Below are positions 21,660 to 29,528 of a stretch of DNA of 64,000 nucleotides, in pieces (the stretch's first letter is position 1; every line of letters begins with the position of its first letter). The notes under the pieces are model-generated. The model was not told where the DNA came from. It was given only the letters and a program-made list of their open reading frames with translations, and did not search any database. Location of the stretch: NCBI GenBank assembly GCA_947464335.1, contig CANHWG010000001.1, positions 24,835-88,834 of the forward strand, written 5' to 3'. This DNA comes from Flavobacteriaceae bacterium. Lineage in GTDB: Bacteria > Bacteroidota > Bacteroidia > Flavobacteriales > Flavobacteriaceae. Both the position numbers and the translations under genes were made by a program.

Positions 21660-21693
21660 AAAGCCAAATTCGTCATAGAGTTTGGCTTTTTTT
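21660..21693 (+). terminator. Intrinsic terminator after glyQS
   Basis: aaagccaaatt-cgtcatag-agtttggcttt plus T tract. Confidence 0.75.
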
Positions 21694-21722
21694 TGTAAGC
21701 ATTTGTTCGACTTAAGAATGAT

Positions 21723-21758
21723 ATATTAACAAGTTGAGGGTTAATATTAACAATTTGA
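21723..21758 (+). promoter_or_regulatory. 15-bp direct repeat at 21-bp spacing upstream of the LytTR gene (putative LytTR-type box)
   Basis: atattaacaagttga (21723) / atattaacaatttga (21744). Confidence 0.5.
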
Positions 21759-21928
21759 TAATTTTAAATCTTTAATTGATACTTTCGTTTCAACGAAAAT
21801 GTAAACGTTTAAACGATTAAATTTTTGATTAATTATTATTTGTAGTAATATTTAATAAAATAATTAGTTTCCCAAAGCTACCCTAAAAAAACAGACTAGT
21901 GTTTTCCCTAAATCAAAGGAAAAACAAA

Positions 21929-22834
21929 ATGAGTCATACTTTTATTATTATTGATGACAATCAGGAAGATGTGTCGAAAACTCAAGCAATTGCGGAGCGT
22001 TTTCGAAATTTATCGTTCCTAGCATCTGCCAATAATTATGATGATGGTTTGAATTTAATCTTAGAGCATCAACCTCACCTTGTTTTTTTAGAGATTGATT
22101 CATCTGACAAAAAAAGCAATCTTTCCTTAAGTCTCATCAACGAGTTATACCGATACTTATCTACAGTCCCGAAAATTATAGTAACGACAAGTAAAAGAGA
22201 TTTGGCCTTTGAAGCATTGCAGTATGAAGTGGTAGATTATTTGCTTAAACCAATTAATATCAATGATTTTAGAAAAGCAATCCTAAAATTTGATCGAGCA
22301 ATTAAATCGGATTTACCTCATATGGAAGTGAAAAATCCTGTGGCAACCTTTGAAGTGTTAGATGAAACCGAAGTAGAAGCACTTAAAGAAGAAGATCTTG
22401 TAGCAGAAAATATAAACGATATCGAAGTTAAAATCGCTCCATTTTCTATAGAAAATCCACTGGTTATGCAACAACAAGGCCAATCATTGGTGATTTGTGT
22501 AAAATCCTATGGCGATTACCGTTATATCGATTCAGATGATGTACTCTATTTTGAGGCGGATAACAACTCAACCGACATTCATCTAAACAATGGTGAAATG
22601 ATTACTGCATTCAAAACTTTGAAGCACTTCGAAACTGTGTTGCCGCCTTCTCAATTTTTGCGTATACATAATAGTTATATCATAAATATTAATCAGGTAT
22701 CGCGAATTCATACGGGAAATACCGTTTGTTATATTAAGAACTCGACCACCAAACTTCCTTTTTCAAAATCCTACAAAGAGAATGTCGATTTGATTATCAG
22801 CCGAATAGCTTCTGGAAATTATTTGGAGATTTAG
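21929..22834 (+). CDS. LytR/AlgR family response regulator with atypical receiver
   Basis: REC (IIDD, LVFLEID, DYLLKP), acidic linker, LytTR domain (YFEADNN, FLRIHNSYIIN). Confidence 0.9.
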   Translation: MSHTFIIIDDNQEDVSKTQAIAERFRNLSFLASANNYDDGLNLILEHQPHLVFLEIDSSDKKSNLSLSLINELYRYLSTVPKIIVTTSKRDLAFEALQYEVVDYLLKPININDFRKAILKFDRAIKSDLPHMEVKNPVATFEVLDETEVEALKEEDLVAENINDIEVKIAPFSIENPLVMQQQGQSLVICVKSYGDYRYIDSDDVLYFEADNNSTDIHLNNGEMITAFKTLKHFETVLPPSQFLRIHNSYIININQVSRIHTGNTVCYIKNSTTKLPFSKSYKENVDLIISRIASGNYLEI

Positions 22835-22873
22835 AAGAAAAATAATACATTTACTTTACGCTAAAAATCGAGT

Positions 22874-23530
22874 ATGGAAGTAAATGTATTAATGGTAGAT
22901 GATCATCCACCGATTATAGAGGGTTACAAATCCATTTTGTCTTTAAATACACAAGGTTATAAATTAATCACTACTACTGCTTTAAGTTGTGAATCAGCTT
23001 ATAAAACGATAACTTGTATACATCATTCTTTTGATATAGTTTTTTTAGATGTAACCTTACCGCCCTATATAGAGAAAAATATTCATTCGGGAGAAGATTT
23101 AATACCAGCTGTAAAAAAGTATCATCCCAAAGCAAAAATCATAGTGCTTACTTCTCATGCAGAATCAATACTACTCTTCAAAATACTGAACGAACATAAT
23201 CCTCAAGGATTATTGATTAAAAGCGACTTTCAATCGGAAGAATTTATAGTGGCTTTTCATACTATACTCAATGGAGGATTTTATTACAGCACAACAGTTA
23301 TCAATTATCAAAAAAATTGGAAAAAAAGGGATAAAGTATTAGATAATTACAACCATCAGATTCTATTATTACTTTCTCAAGGCATAAAAACGAAAAGTAT
23401 TCCTGCCTTGCTCAATCTTTCAATTAGTGCTATCAATAAACGAAAAGCGATTCTCAAACAAATTTTTGGGATTGATAAAGGCACCGATGAAGACATACTT
23501 AAAGAAGCCAGAAAACAAGGCTATATATAA
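22874..23530 (+). CDS. NarL/LuxR-type response regulator
   Basis: VDDHP, FLDVTLP, LTSH, LIKS; C-terminal HTH LSQGIKTKSI...LSISAINKRK. Confidence 0.9.
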   Translation: MEVNVLMVDDHPPIIEGYKSILSLNTQGYKLITTTALSCESAYKTITCIHHSFDIVFLDVTLPPYIEKNIHSGEDLIPAVKKYHPKAKIIVLTSHAESILLFKILNEHNPQGLLIKSDFQSEEFIVAFHTILNGGFYYSTTVINYQKNWKKRDKVLDNYNHQILLLLSQGIKTKSIPALLNLSISAINKRKAILKQIFGIDKGTDEDILKEARKQGYI

Positions 23531-23539
23531 AATCTAAGT

Positions 23540-23865
23540 TTTATAAAATGTACACTTTTTGTGTACCAAAAAGTCATTTTAACCTAATAATTTTACACTA
23601 TCAGAATCAAACTAATAGTAATTTAACGCCATTGTTAGGTAGTGTAAAGTGGCTTACCACCACCAAAGTGACATCATGCAAAAATACTTTTCTAGTTTTT
23701 GTAGGGAACCAATTTAGAAATCCATAGTTTATTTTAGAGGTTTGTTATTAAACCGAGGACACGACCAAACCAACCAAAAAAAACAGCCCAACTTTAAAAT
23801 GTTTTCGACGACACAAAGCTGGACTGCCATAATTAAAATTATGACACAAAATTATGAAAAAATTA
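23540..23865 (+). repeat. ~310-bp promoter/leader repeat, copy 1
   Basis: Near-identical (8 differences counted by eye) to 24814-25139, extending through the first four codons ATGAAAAAATTA. Confidence 0.95.
23550..23566. promoter_or_regulatory. Palindromic operator GTACAC-N5-GTGTAC, copy 1
   Basis: Perfect 6-bp inverted repeat, with the TAATTTTA -7-like box starting 22 bp after its last base; also at 24825 and 26399. Confidence 0.65.
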
Positions 23866-24411
23866 ATCTTTATTTTATTTTTAACTTTTACAGTTTTAAA
23901 TTTAGCACAAGGACAAAATGAAGAGCCAAAGCCTGCTTATTCTCAAGAATATTTCAGTTACAATTTTTCAAAAAGTATAATTGGAAAAAATGCTCAAGTT
24001 TTGAAAGTATCAAATTTATCTGATGAAGAGTATACTAGGTATAGTAATTTAATTACTGATGTAAAATTTAATTCTCGAGAATATACATTCAAAATGGAAG
24101 TCCAAAAAGCGGATATAAAAAAAACAATTATTGTTATGCCATTACTAGACAATACAATCTCCTTAGCTTTTGTTGAAAACGACGTTTATGATTATTTAAG
24201 TATAATTCAAATAAAAATTACTCAAGATGGTAAATATATGACAAGCCAATTTAGAGGACGACGTACTAAAGCTCAATGTAAAGATGAAGCAGGAGATTTA
24301 CAAAATCTTGCAGGCGGAATAGCTTCTTTAAGTCTAATTGGATGTATAGTTTGTGGTTTTGCTGGTGGAGCAACTTTAGGTATTATATCTTTTATGGCTT
24401 ATTTTTGTTAA
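23854..24411 (+). CDS. Secreted pro-protein with C-terminal hydrophobic 4-Cys peptide (putative bacteriocin/toxin precursor)
   Basis: Signal peptide; polar pro-region; RGRR then TKAQC...GCIVCGFAGGATLGIISFMAYFC. Confidence 0.6.
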   Translation: MKKLIFILFLTFTVLNLAQGQNEEPKPAYSQEYFSYNFSKSIIGKNAQVLKVSNLSDEEYTRYSNLITDVKFNSREYTFKMEVQKADIKKTIIVMPLLDNTISLAFVENDVYDYLSIIQIKITQDGKYMTSQFRGRRTKAQCKDEAGDLQNLAGGIASLSLIGCIVCGFAGGATLGIISFMAYFC

Positions 24412-24429
24412 ACTAAATTTTAGTAAAAA

Positions 24430-24603
24430 ATGAAAAATTACAATCTTTATTTTTTTGTCATACTTTTAGCATTAATTGTTTCAATAGTATCCGTAGTTGA
24501 AAGGATAGTTTCAATTAATAATGATTGGTACTATCCAGCATTTTCAATTTTTCTTTTTTCTTATTTATTGTATAAACATTTTCGAGAAAATAGATTGAAA
24601 TAA
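24430..24603 (+). CDS. 57-aa two-TM membrane protein (putative immunity protein); not in the ORF track
   Basis: Translated by hand: MKNYNLYFFVILLALIVSIVSVVERIVSINNDWYYPAFSIFLFSYLLYKHFRENRLK; starts 18 nt after the upstream stop, A-rich initiation region. Confidence 0.65.
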   Translation: MKNYNLYFFVILLALIVSIVSVVERIVSINNDWYYPAFSIFLFSYLLYKHFRENRLK

Positions 24604-24620
24604 CTACTTTATTCTAATAC

Positions 24621-24810
24621 TAACCTGCAGTGTAATTATTCAAAAAGTCAGTTCGAGTATTTTATTTATCTCGTCTATTGAGATCTGAGGAACAAAAAAT
24701 GTATCGTGAACTCTTTTAATGAAATTTTCTATGCTCTCGATACAATTGCCTTGGCGAATCAATCTAACTTATTCAAATTAGCATTAAAAACTAATTATAC
24801 CCAACGGGTT
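24621..24810. mobile_element. Degenerate MITE/REP-like element between cassettes 1 and 2
   Basis: Imperfect terminal IRs taacctgcagtgtaatta / taattatacccaacgggtt; internal IR tgtatcgtga / tctcgataca. Confidence 0.45.
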
Positions 24811-24813
24811 TAA

Positions 24814-25139
24814 TTTATGAAAATATACACTTTTTGTGTACCAAAAAGTCATTTCAACCTAATAATTTTACACTATCAGAATCAAACTAATAGTAATTTA
24901 AAGCCATTGTCAGGTAGTGTAAAGTGGCTTACCACCACCAAAGTGACATCTTGCAAAAATACTTTTCTAGTTTTTGTAGGGAACCAATTTAGAAATCCAT
25001 AGTTTATTTAGAGGTTTGTTATTAAACCGTGGACACGACCAAACCAACCAAAAAAAACAGCCCAACTTTAAAATGTTTTCGACGACACAAAGCTGGACTG
25101 CTATAATTAAAATTATGACACAAAATTATGAAAAAATTA
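24814..25139 (+). repeat. ~310-bp promoter/leader repeat, copy 2
   Basis: Near-identical to 23540-23865. Confidence 0.95.
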
Positions 25140-25727
25140 TTATTTGGCTTAATAGCCATAGTTTTATTTGCGAATTTGTCATTTGGACAAAGTAAAGAGG
25201 TATTTAATGAATTTGAAATTATTAAAACAGAAAGTATAACTTTTGAAAATGATTTAGTCAAAAGGTTTTTGAAAAATAGTGATTTCAATTTCAATAATAA
25301 GGATGTCAATTTCACGAAAAATGTTGAATTATTGACTTTGAAGAATAATTTCCAAACACTAAAATTTAAAATTGAAAATATAGATTTTAATTCTATTTAT
25401 GCCATATATAATAAAGAAAAAAATGATTTCATGTGGTACTTTATAAACAATACTGCTGATAAGATTGAAGTGTTTTCATCTAACCGAGAAATTTTATCTT
25501 CATATTCAAACATTAAAAATTATGTTAGTGTAAATAATATCGAAAGTAGAAGTGTATTTAGCGCATGTATGGATGCAGTAGAAAGGGACTATACCGACTC
25601 CCTTTTAGGATGGGTTCATTGGCATACGAGTCCAATGCCAGCATTGGTTGCCGCAGCATCATGTCAAGGTTGTGCAAGAGGATGGTGGTCATGTCCACCA
25701 GCATATACAGCCACATTACAACGTTAA
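25128..25727 (+). CDS. Secreted pro-protein with C-terminal 4-Cys, Trp-rich peptide (putative bacteriocin/toxin precursor)
   Basis: Signal peptide; Asn/Lys/Phe-rich pro-region; ESR then SVFSACMD...AAASCQGCARGWWSCPPAYTATLQR. Confidence 0.6.
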   Translation: MKKLLFGLIAIVLFANLSFGQSKEVFNEFEIIKTESITFENDLVKRFLKNSDFNFNNKDVNFTKNVELLTLKNNFQTLKFKIENIDFNSIYAIYNKEKNDFMWYFINNTADKIEVFSSNREILSSYSNIKNYVSVNNIESRSVFSACMDAVERDYTDSLLGWVHWHTSPMPALVAAASCQGCARGWWSCPPAYTATLQR

Positions 25728-25745
25728 CTTTAAACTTAAAATAAA

Positions 25746-25913
25746 ATGAAAAGAATTAATTTAGTTGTTATTATTTGGATTTTAACTTCAATTATCGGAG
25801 GAATTATGAAAATTTACAAATTTCAGTTTGCAAATTTTGTTTTAGGAATGAGTTTGATTGTAATGATAATTGGTCTGTTTTTAATAGTTAAAGATCGTAA
25901 AAAGGTAAAATAA
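25746..25913 (+). CDS. 55-aa two-TM membrane protein (putative immunity protein); not in the ORF track
   Basis: Translated by hand: MKRINLVVIIWILTSIIGGIMKIYKFQFANFVLGMSLIVMIIGLFLIVKDRKKVK; starts 18 nt after the upstream stop. Confidence 0.65.
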   Translation: MKRINLVVIIWILTSIIGGIMKIYKFQFANFVLGMSLIVMIIGLFLIVKDRKKVK

Positions 25914-25964
25914 TACTGTTAAATTAGTTTGTGTTTAGTTTAAAAAATTAAATGTACTTAATAC

Positions 25965-26366
25965 ATGAACATAAAACAGATTATACTATTATTTACATTA
26001 TTACCCATTACCTCTTTCTCCCAATCCGATCTCGAAACCGTCATTAAAGGTGGTGAACTGTTGCTAAGTGGTTTAAGCATTTTTAAAGTAGCCAATTCAG
26101 ATTCAAAGGAGAATAGTAAAGTAATTGAAAGCGTTTGCGTTAAAAATAAACGCGCAGATAAAATTACCTTCAGAATAGTGGGCAAAAATGAGGAAGGAGA
26201 CGATATCAAAAAAGAACTCGTTATCCCAAAAGACGGAAAAGAATGCCTTTTCATACTGCCAAAAGGTATTTATACGTACGAAATTGTATTAGCCAATAAA
26301 GAAATTTATAAGAAAGGCGAATACAAGTTTGAAGACGATGTAGTATTTACAGTTAGAGATGAATAA
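25965..26366 (+). CDS. Hypothetical secreted protein
   Basis: Signal peptide (TSFSQ), two Cys, beta-rich C-terminus (PKGIYTYEI). Confidence 0.65.
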   Translation: MNIKQIILLFTLLPITSFSQSDLETVIKGGELLLSGLSIFKVANSDSKENSKVIESVCVKNKRADKITFRIVGKNEEGDDIKKELVIPKDGKECLFILPKGIYTYEIVLANKEIYKKGEYKFEDDVVFTVRDE

Positions 26367-26387
26367 AGAAGACCACTTTTTTTATGA

Positions 26388-26544
26388 TTTATGAAAATGT
26401 ACACTTTTTGTGTACCAAAAAGTAAAATAGGGAGATTATTTTTACAACATCAAATGACAGTAATTGTAATAGACATTAAATAAGTCTAGGTTTAAAAATT
26501 CGACGACACAAAGCCTAAGACCGATATAATTAAAATTATAAAGC
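26388..26544 (+). promoter_or_regulatory. Third, shorter and diverged copy of the promoter/leader
   Basis: Shares tttatgaaaatgtacactttttgtgtaccaaaaagt, same spacing to a TATTTTTA box, ttcgacgacacaaagc and ataattaaaatta before ATG. Confidence 0.75.
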
Positions 26545-26931
26545 ATGAAATATATATCATTGTGTTTTATTGTTATGGTAACTTTCTTGTTTGAAGCTAA
26601 GGCACAGGAAAAACATACAAAAGACCAGCAATGCGATTATAAAAGCGGCTCATTAGTAGTTTCCTTAAATAAAGAGCGTATAGAATACAAATTTGCCTCT
26701 TTAGAGGATCTTTACGAGCAGGTAGAGGAAATTGGTAAAGAGATCGATTTTACTAATTTCAACAATAAAAAAGAAGTCTGTGAAGTAATTGTAGAACTCC
26801 AACTAGAGATAGCAATCGGAGCGACACGAATACGACTTTCAGAAATAATACAAACCAATTGCAAAGATGAGGCAACTGCTTTAGCGGTACGAAAACTAAA
26901 AGCAATGCTACAGGCAGTAACGATTGGATAA
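26545..26931 (+). CDS. Hypothetical secreted protein
   Basis: Signal peptide (AKAQ), 128 aa, behind the third leader copy. Confidence 0.65.
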   Translation: MKYISLCFIVMVTFLFEAKAQEKHTKDQQCDYKSGSLVVSLNKERIEYKFASLEDLYEQVEEIGKEIDFTNFNNKKEVCEVIVELQLEIAIGATRIRLSEIIQTNCKDEATALAVRKLKAMLQAVTIG

Positions 26932-26987
26932 AGAAACTGTTTTACAGATGGCTAAGTGAATGCATATAATTCATTTAATTGTGGGAA

Positions 26988-27020
26988 ATTGGGTTCTGGC
27001 TTTTGCTGGAGCCCAATTTA
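26988..27020 (+). terminator. Hairpin/terminator before the first kinase
   Basis: attgggttctggc-tttt-gctggagcccaat. Confidence 0.6.
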
Positions 27021-27038
27021 TTTATATAATTTGATTTT

Positions 27039-29054
27039 ATGAGTAGACTTTTATTTTTTATAAGTATAGTTTTAGTACTTCTAAGTAGTTGTACCTCTAA
27101 AACGATAGATAATACAGCTAACGCCACCAATGATTCTATTAAGAAGTATTTGGAGTTGGCGGGGAATTATACTATCGCATTTGATAAAAGAAGACAGTGT
27201 AATGATAAAGCATATTCTATGATTGATTTGAAGAAGAATGATAGTTTGACACTCAATAATTTATTTATTATTGGAGTTAACAATTATAATTTAAAACAGT
27301 TTAAAAAACTTCAATCAAACTCTAAAGAATTATTAAATTTATCAGTAATTTCTAAAAATCAATTTGGAATTGGAAATGCCTATAAATTAATAGGATTAGA
27401 TTTAACTACAAGATCCTTAAATGAGGAAGCTCTAGAATCTTTTAAAAAATCAAAAAAAATTTTTTTAAAATTAAAAGCCACTAAACGAATAATAGCTATA
27501 AATAAAGATATAGCTCAAGTTCAATCATATTCATGTGATTTTCTAGGGAGCAACAAAACGTTGTTTGAAAATGTGAAACTCATAAATAGATTTGATAAAA
27601 ATTTAAATTCAATTATGTATTTAAATTATAGCTTAATAGCAAGTAATTTCTCTAGCTTAAAAGATTTTAAGAATTCAATAAAATATGAAAAAAAAGCACT
27701 TAATTATTCAGGAAATTTATTGTACAATATTTTTTCATCTTATTTTTCAATTGCTTATTCTTACATTGATCTTAAAGAGTATAATAAAGCTAATTACTAT
27801 ATCGATTTATTATTGCATAATCCCAAAACTAAGCTAATTGATCCATACGCTTATTATAGTGCAAAATCAGCTCAAGGCTATGTAAAAATAATGCAAAATG
27901 ATATTAGTAATTTACCTGAAATTTTTTTTGAAGTCGATAATTATTATGCAAAAAATGATAACTGGGGTGGTCAAGAATCCAATCAAATATATTTATCTGA
28001 ATATTATTTAAAAGTAAACGACACTTTAAAAGCGATAAAATATGCTAAGTCCGCATTAGCTTTATCAAGAGGTTATAAAAATCCTTCATCAATATTATTT
28101 AGTCTAAACCAGCTTATAAAAGTTGATAAACTTAATGCTTCAAAAAATGCTCAGGAATACATAAGAGTTAGCGATAGCATGCAAATAGCAGAACGCAATT
28201 TTAGGGATAAATTTGCCAGAATAGCTTATGAAATCGATGAAATCGTTCAAGAAAAAGACAAAGCCATTAATCAGAAATGGCTTACAGTCAGCGTTTTAGG
28301 TGTTGTAATCCTAATCATCACATTATTATTGGTTATTTCTCGTCAACGGAACAAGCAAAAAGAACTCCAGTTGCTTCAAGAACAGCAAAGAGCCAACGAA
28401 GAAGTGTATGAGCTGATGCTTGCTCAAAAAAGTAAGGAAGAAGCCATTCGAAAGAATGAAAAAAAACGCATTGCACTCGAGTTGCACGATGGTGTTATGA
28501 ACAAACTAGCCAGTACTCGGCTTAATTTGGATGTGCTTAAGTACAAAAAAGACCCGCAGACCATTGAGAAATGTGTATCTCATATAGCCGAGATTTATAA
28601 AATTGAACAAGAAATTCGAAACATTACCCATGATTTGAACCAGGAAGCTTTTGTAATTGGGAATAGTTTTTCAACCCTAATTAACGACTTTATAAACACC
28701 CAAAATTCGGCTTATCCCAAAACTCAATTTAAACTCGAAATAGAGGAAGCGATTTCTTGGAGTAGTATATCGAGTACCATTAAGATGAATCTGTTTCGAA
28801 TCGTACAAGAAGCAACGCACAATATTAATAAGTTTGCAAATGCTAAAAATGTTGTGATTAGTTTTGTTTTAGATGAGAACAACATATGCCTTTCGGTTAC
28901 CGATAATGGCAAAGGATTTGACCCCGAAATGCCAACAGACGGCATTGGACTAAATAATATGAAGCTACGCGTAAAGAATCTCAAAGGAAATTTGGTCATC
29001 CAAAGCATCATGAACAAAAGCACGTCTATCAATATTGCTATTCCTTTAAAATAG
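27039..29054 (+). CDS. TPR-sensor histidine kinase (HisKA_3 / HATPase_c), HK1
   Basis: Lipobox-like LLSSC, helical TPR-like region, one TM, H-box RIALELHDGV, FRIVQEATHNI, DNGKGF, GIGLNNM. Confidence 0.9.
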   Translation: MSRLLFFISIVLVLLSSCTSKTIDNTANATNDSIKKYLELAGNYTIAFDKRRQCNDKAYSMIDLKKNDSLTLNNLFIIGVNNYNLKQFKKLQSNSKELLNLSVISKNQFGIGNAYKLIGLDLTTRSLNEEALESFKKSKKIFLKLKATKRIIAINKDIAQVQSYSCDFLGSNKTLFENVKLINRFDKNLNSIMYLNYSLIASNFSSLKDFKNSIKYEKKALNYSGNLLYNIFSSYFSIAYSYIDLKEYNKANYYIDLLLHNPKTKLIDPYAYYSAKSAQGYVKIMQNDISNLPEIFFEVDNYYAKNDNWGGQESNQIYLSEYYLKVNDTLKAIKYAKSALALSRGYKNPSSILFSLNQLIKVDKLNASKNAQEYIRVSDSMQIAERNFRDKFARIAYEIDEIVQEKDKAINQKWLTVSVLGVVILIITLLLVISRQRNKQKELQLLQEQQRANEEVYELMLAQKSKEEAIRKNEKKRIALELHDGVMNKLASTRLNLDVLKYKKDPQTIEKCVSHIAEIYKIEQEIRNITHDLNQEAFVIGNSFSTLINDFINTQNSAYPKTQFKLEIEEAISWSSISSTIKMNLFRIVQEATHNINKFANAKNVVISFVLDENNICLSVTDNGKGFDPEMPTDGIGLNNMKLRVKNLKGNLVIQSIMNKSTSINIAIPLK

Positions 29055-29340
29055 TTTACCTCAAGGGTGTCTTAAATTAACGCCAGTTCGATTATCTTTC
29101 ATATACGGAGATCCTTTTTCAATTCCAATTCCATCCATAATAATCTATTTAACAATGTGCTAATTGAAAAGTTAAATAGATCTTATTTAAATCTGCTATC
29201 CAAATCGTTGATGAGTGCCTACTCATTTCTTGCAAAAAAATAGTCATTTACCCAGATTTTCCGATTATCACTTTAAAATCGGTTTATATAAACTTAGGAT
29301 TGTTGTGCTTTTAGGCTCAAAAAGCTATTTTTTCAAAAAC

Positions 29341-29440
29341 CATCCACTCTAATTTGAGCATCATTCACTATCAAACGAGACCATTCTACCATAAACGCCT
29401 TTAATCATAGGGATTGACAAACACATCCTTTTTAGTTTTA
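29341..29440 (+). promoter_or_regulatory. Putative promoter of the repeat-peptide gene with three ~21-bp-spaced boxes
   Basis: catccact (29341), cattcact (29362), cattctac (29382), then ttga and a TAGTTTTA -7-like box at 29433. Confidence 0.45.
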
Positions 29441-29528
29441 CATCGTGAAAGTGTCCCATTGGATTAAATCAATAATGACACAAACTATTAAAGCGAATTA
29501 AAACATTAACAATAAAAAGTCTCAAATT

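Noticed and set aside
24817-25002. 61-aa ORF in leader copy 2 (and the 59-aa equivalent from 23548) as a leader peptide
   Set aside because: Starts upstream of and runs through the predicted operator and -7 box; open in both copies only because they are near-identical; absent in copy 3
29061-29138. 25-codon minus-strand ORF (MDGIGIEKGSPY...) after HK1 as a second peptide gene
   Set aside because: No signal peptide, wrong strand relative to the island, no supporting expression signals
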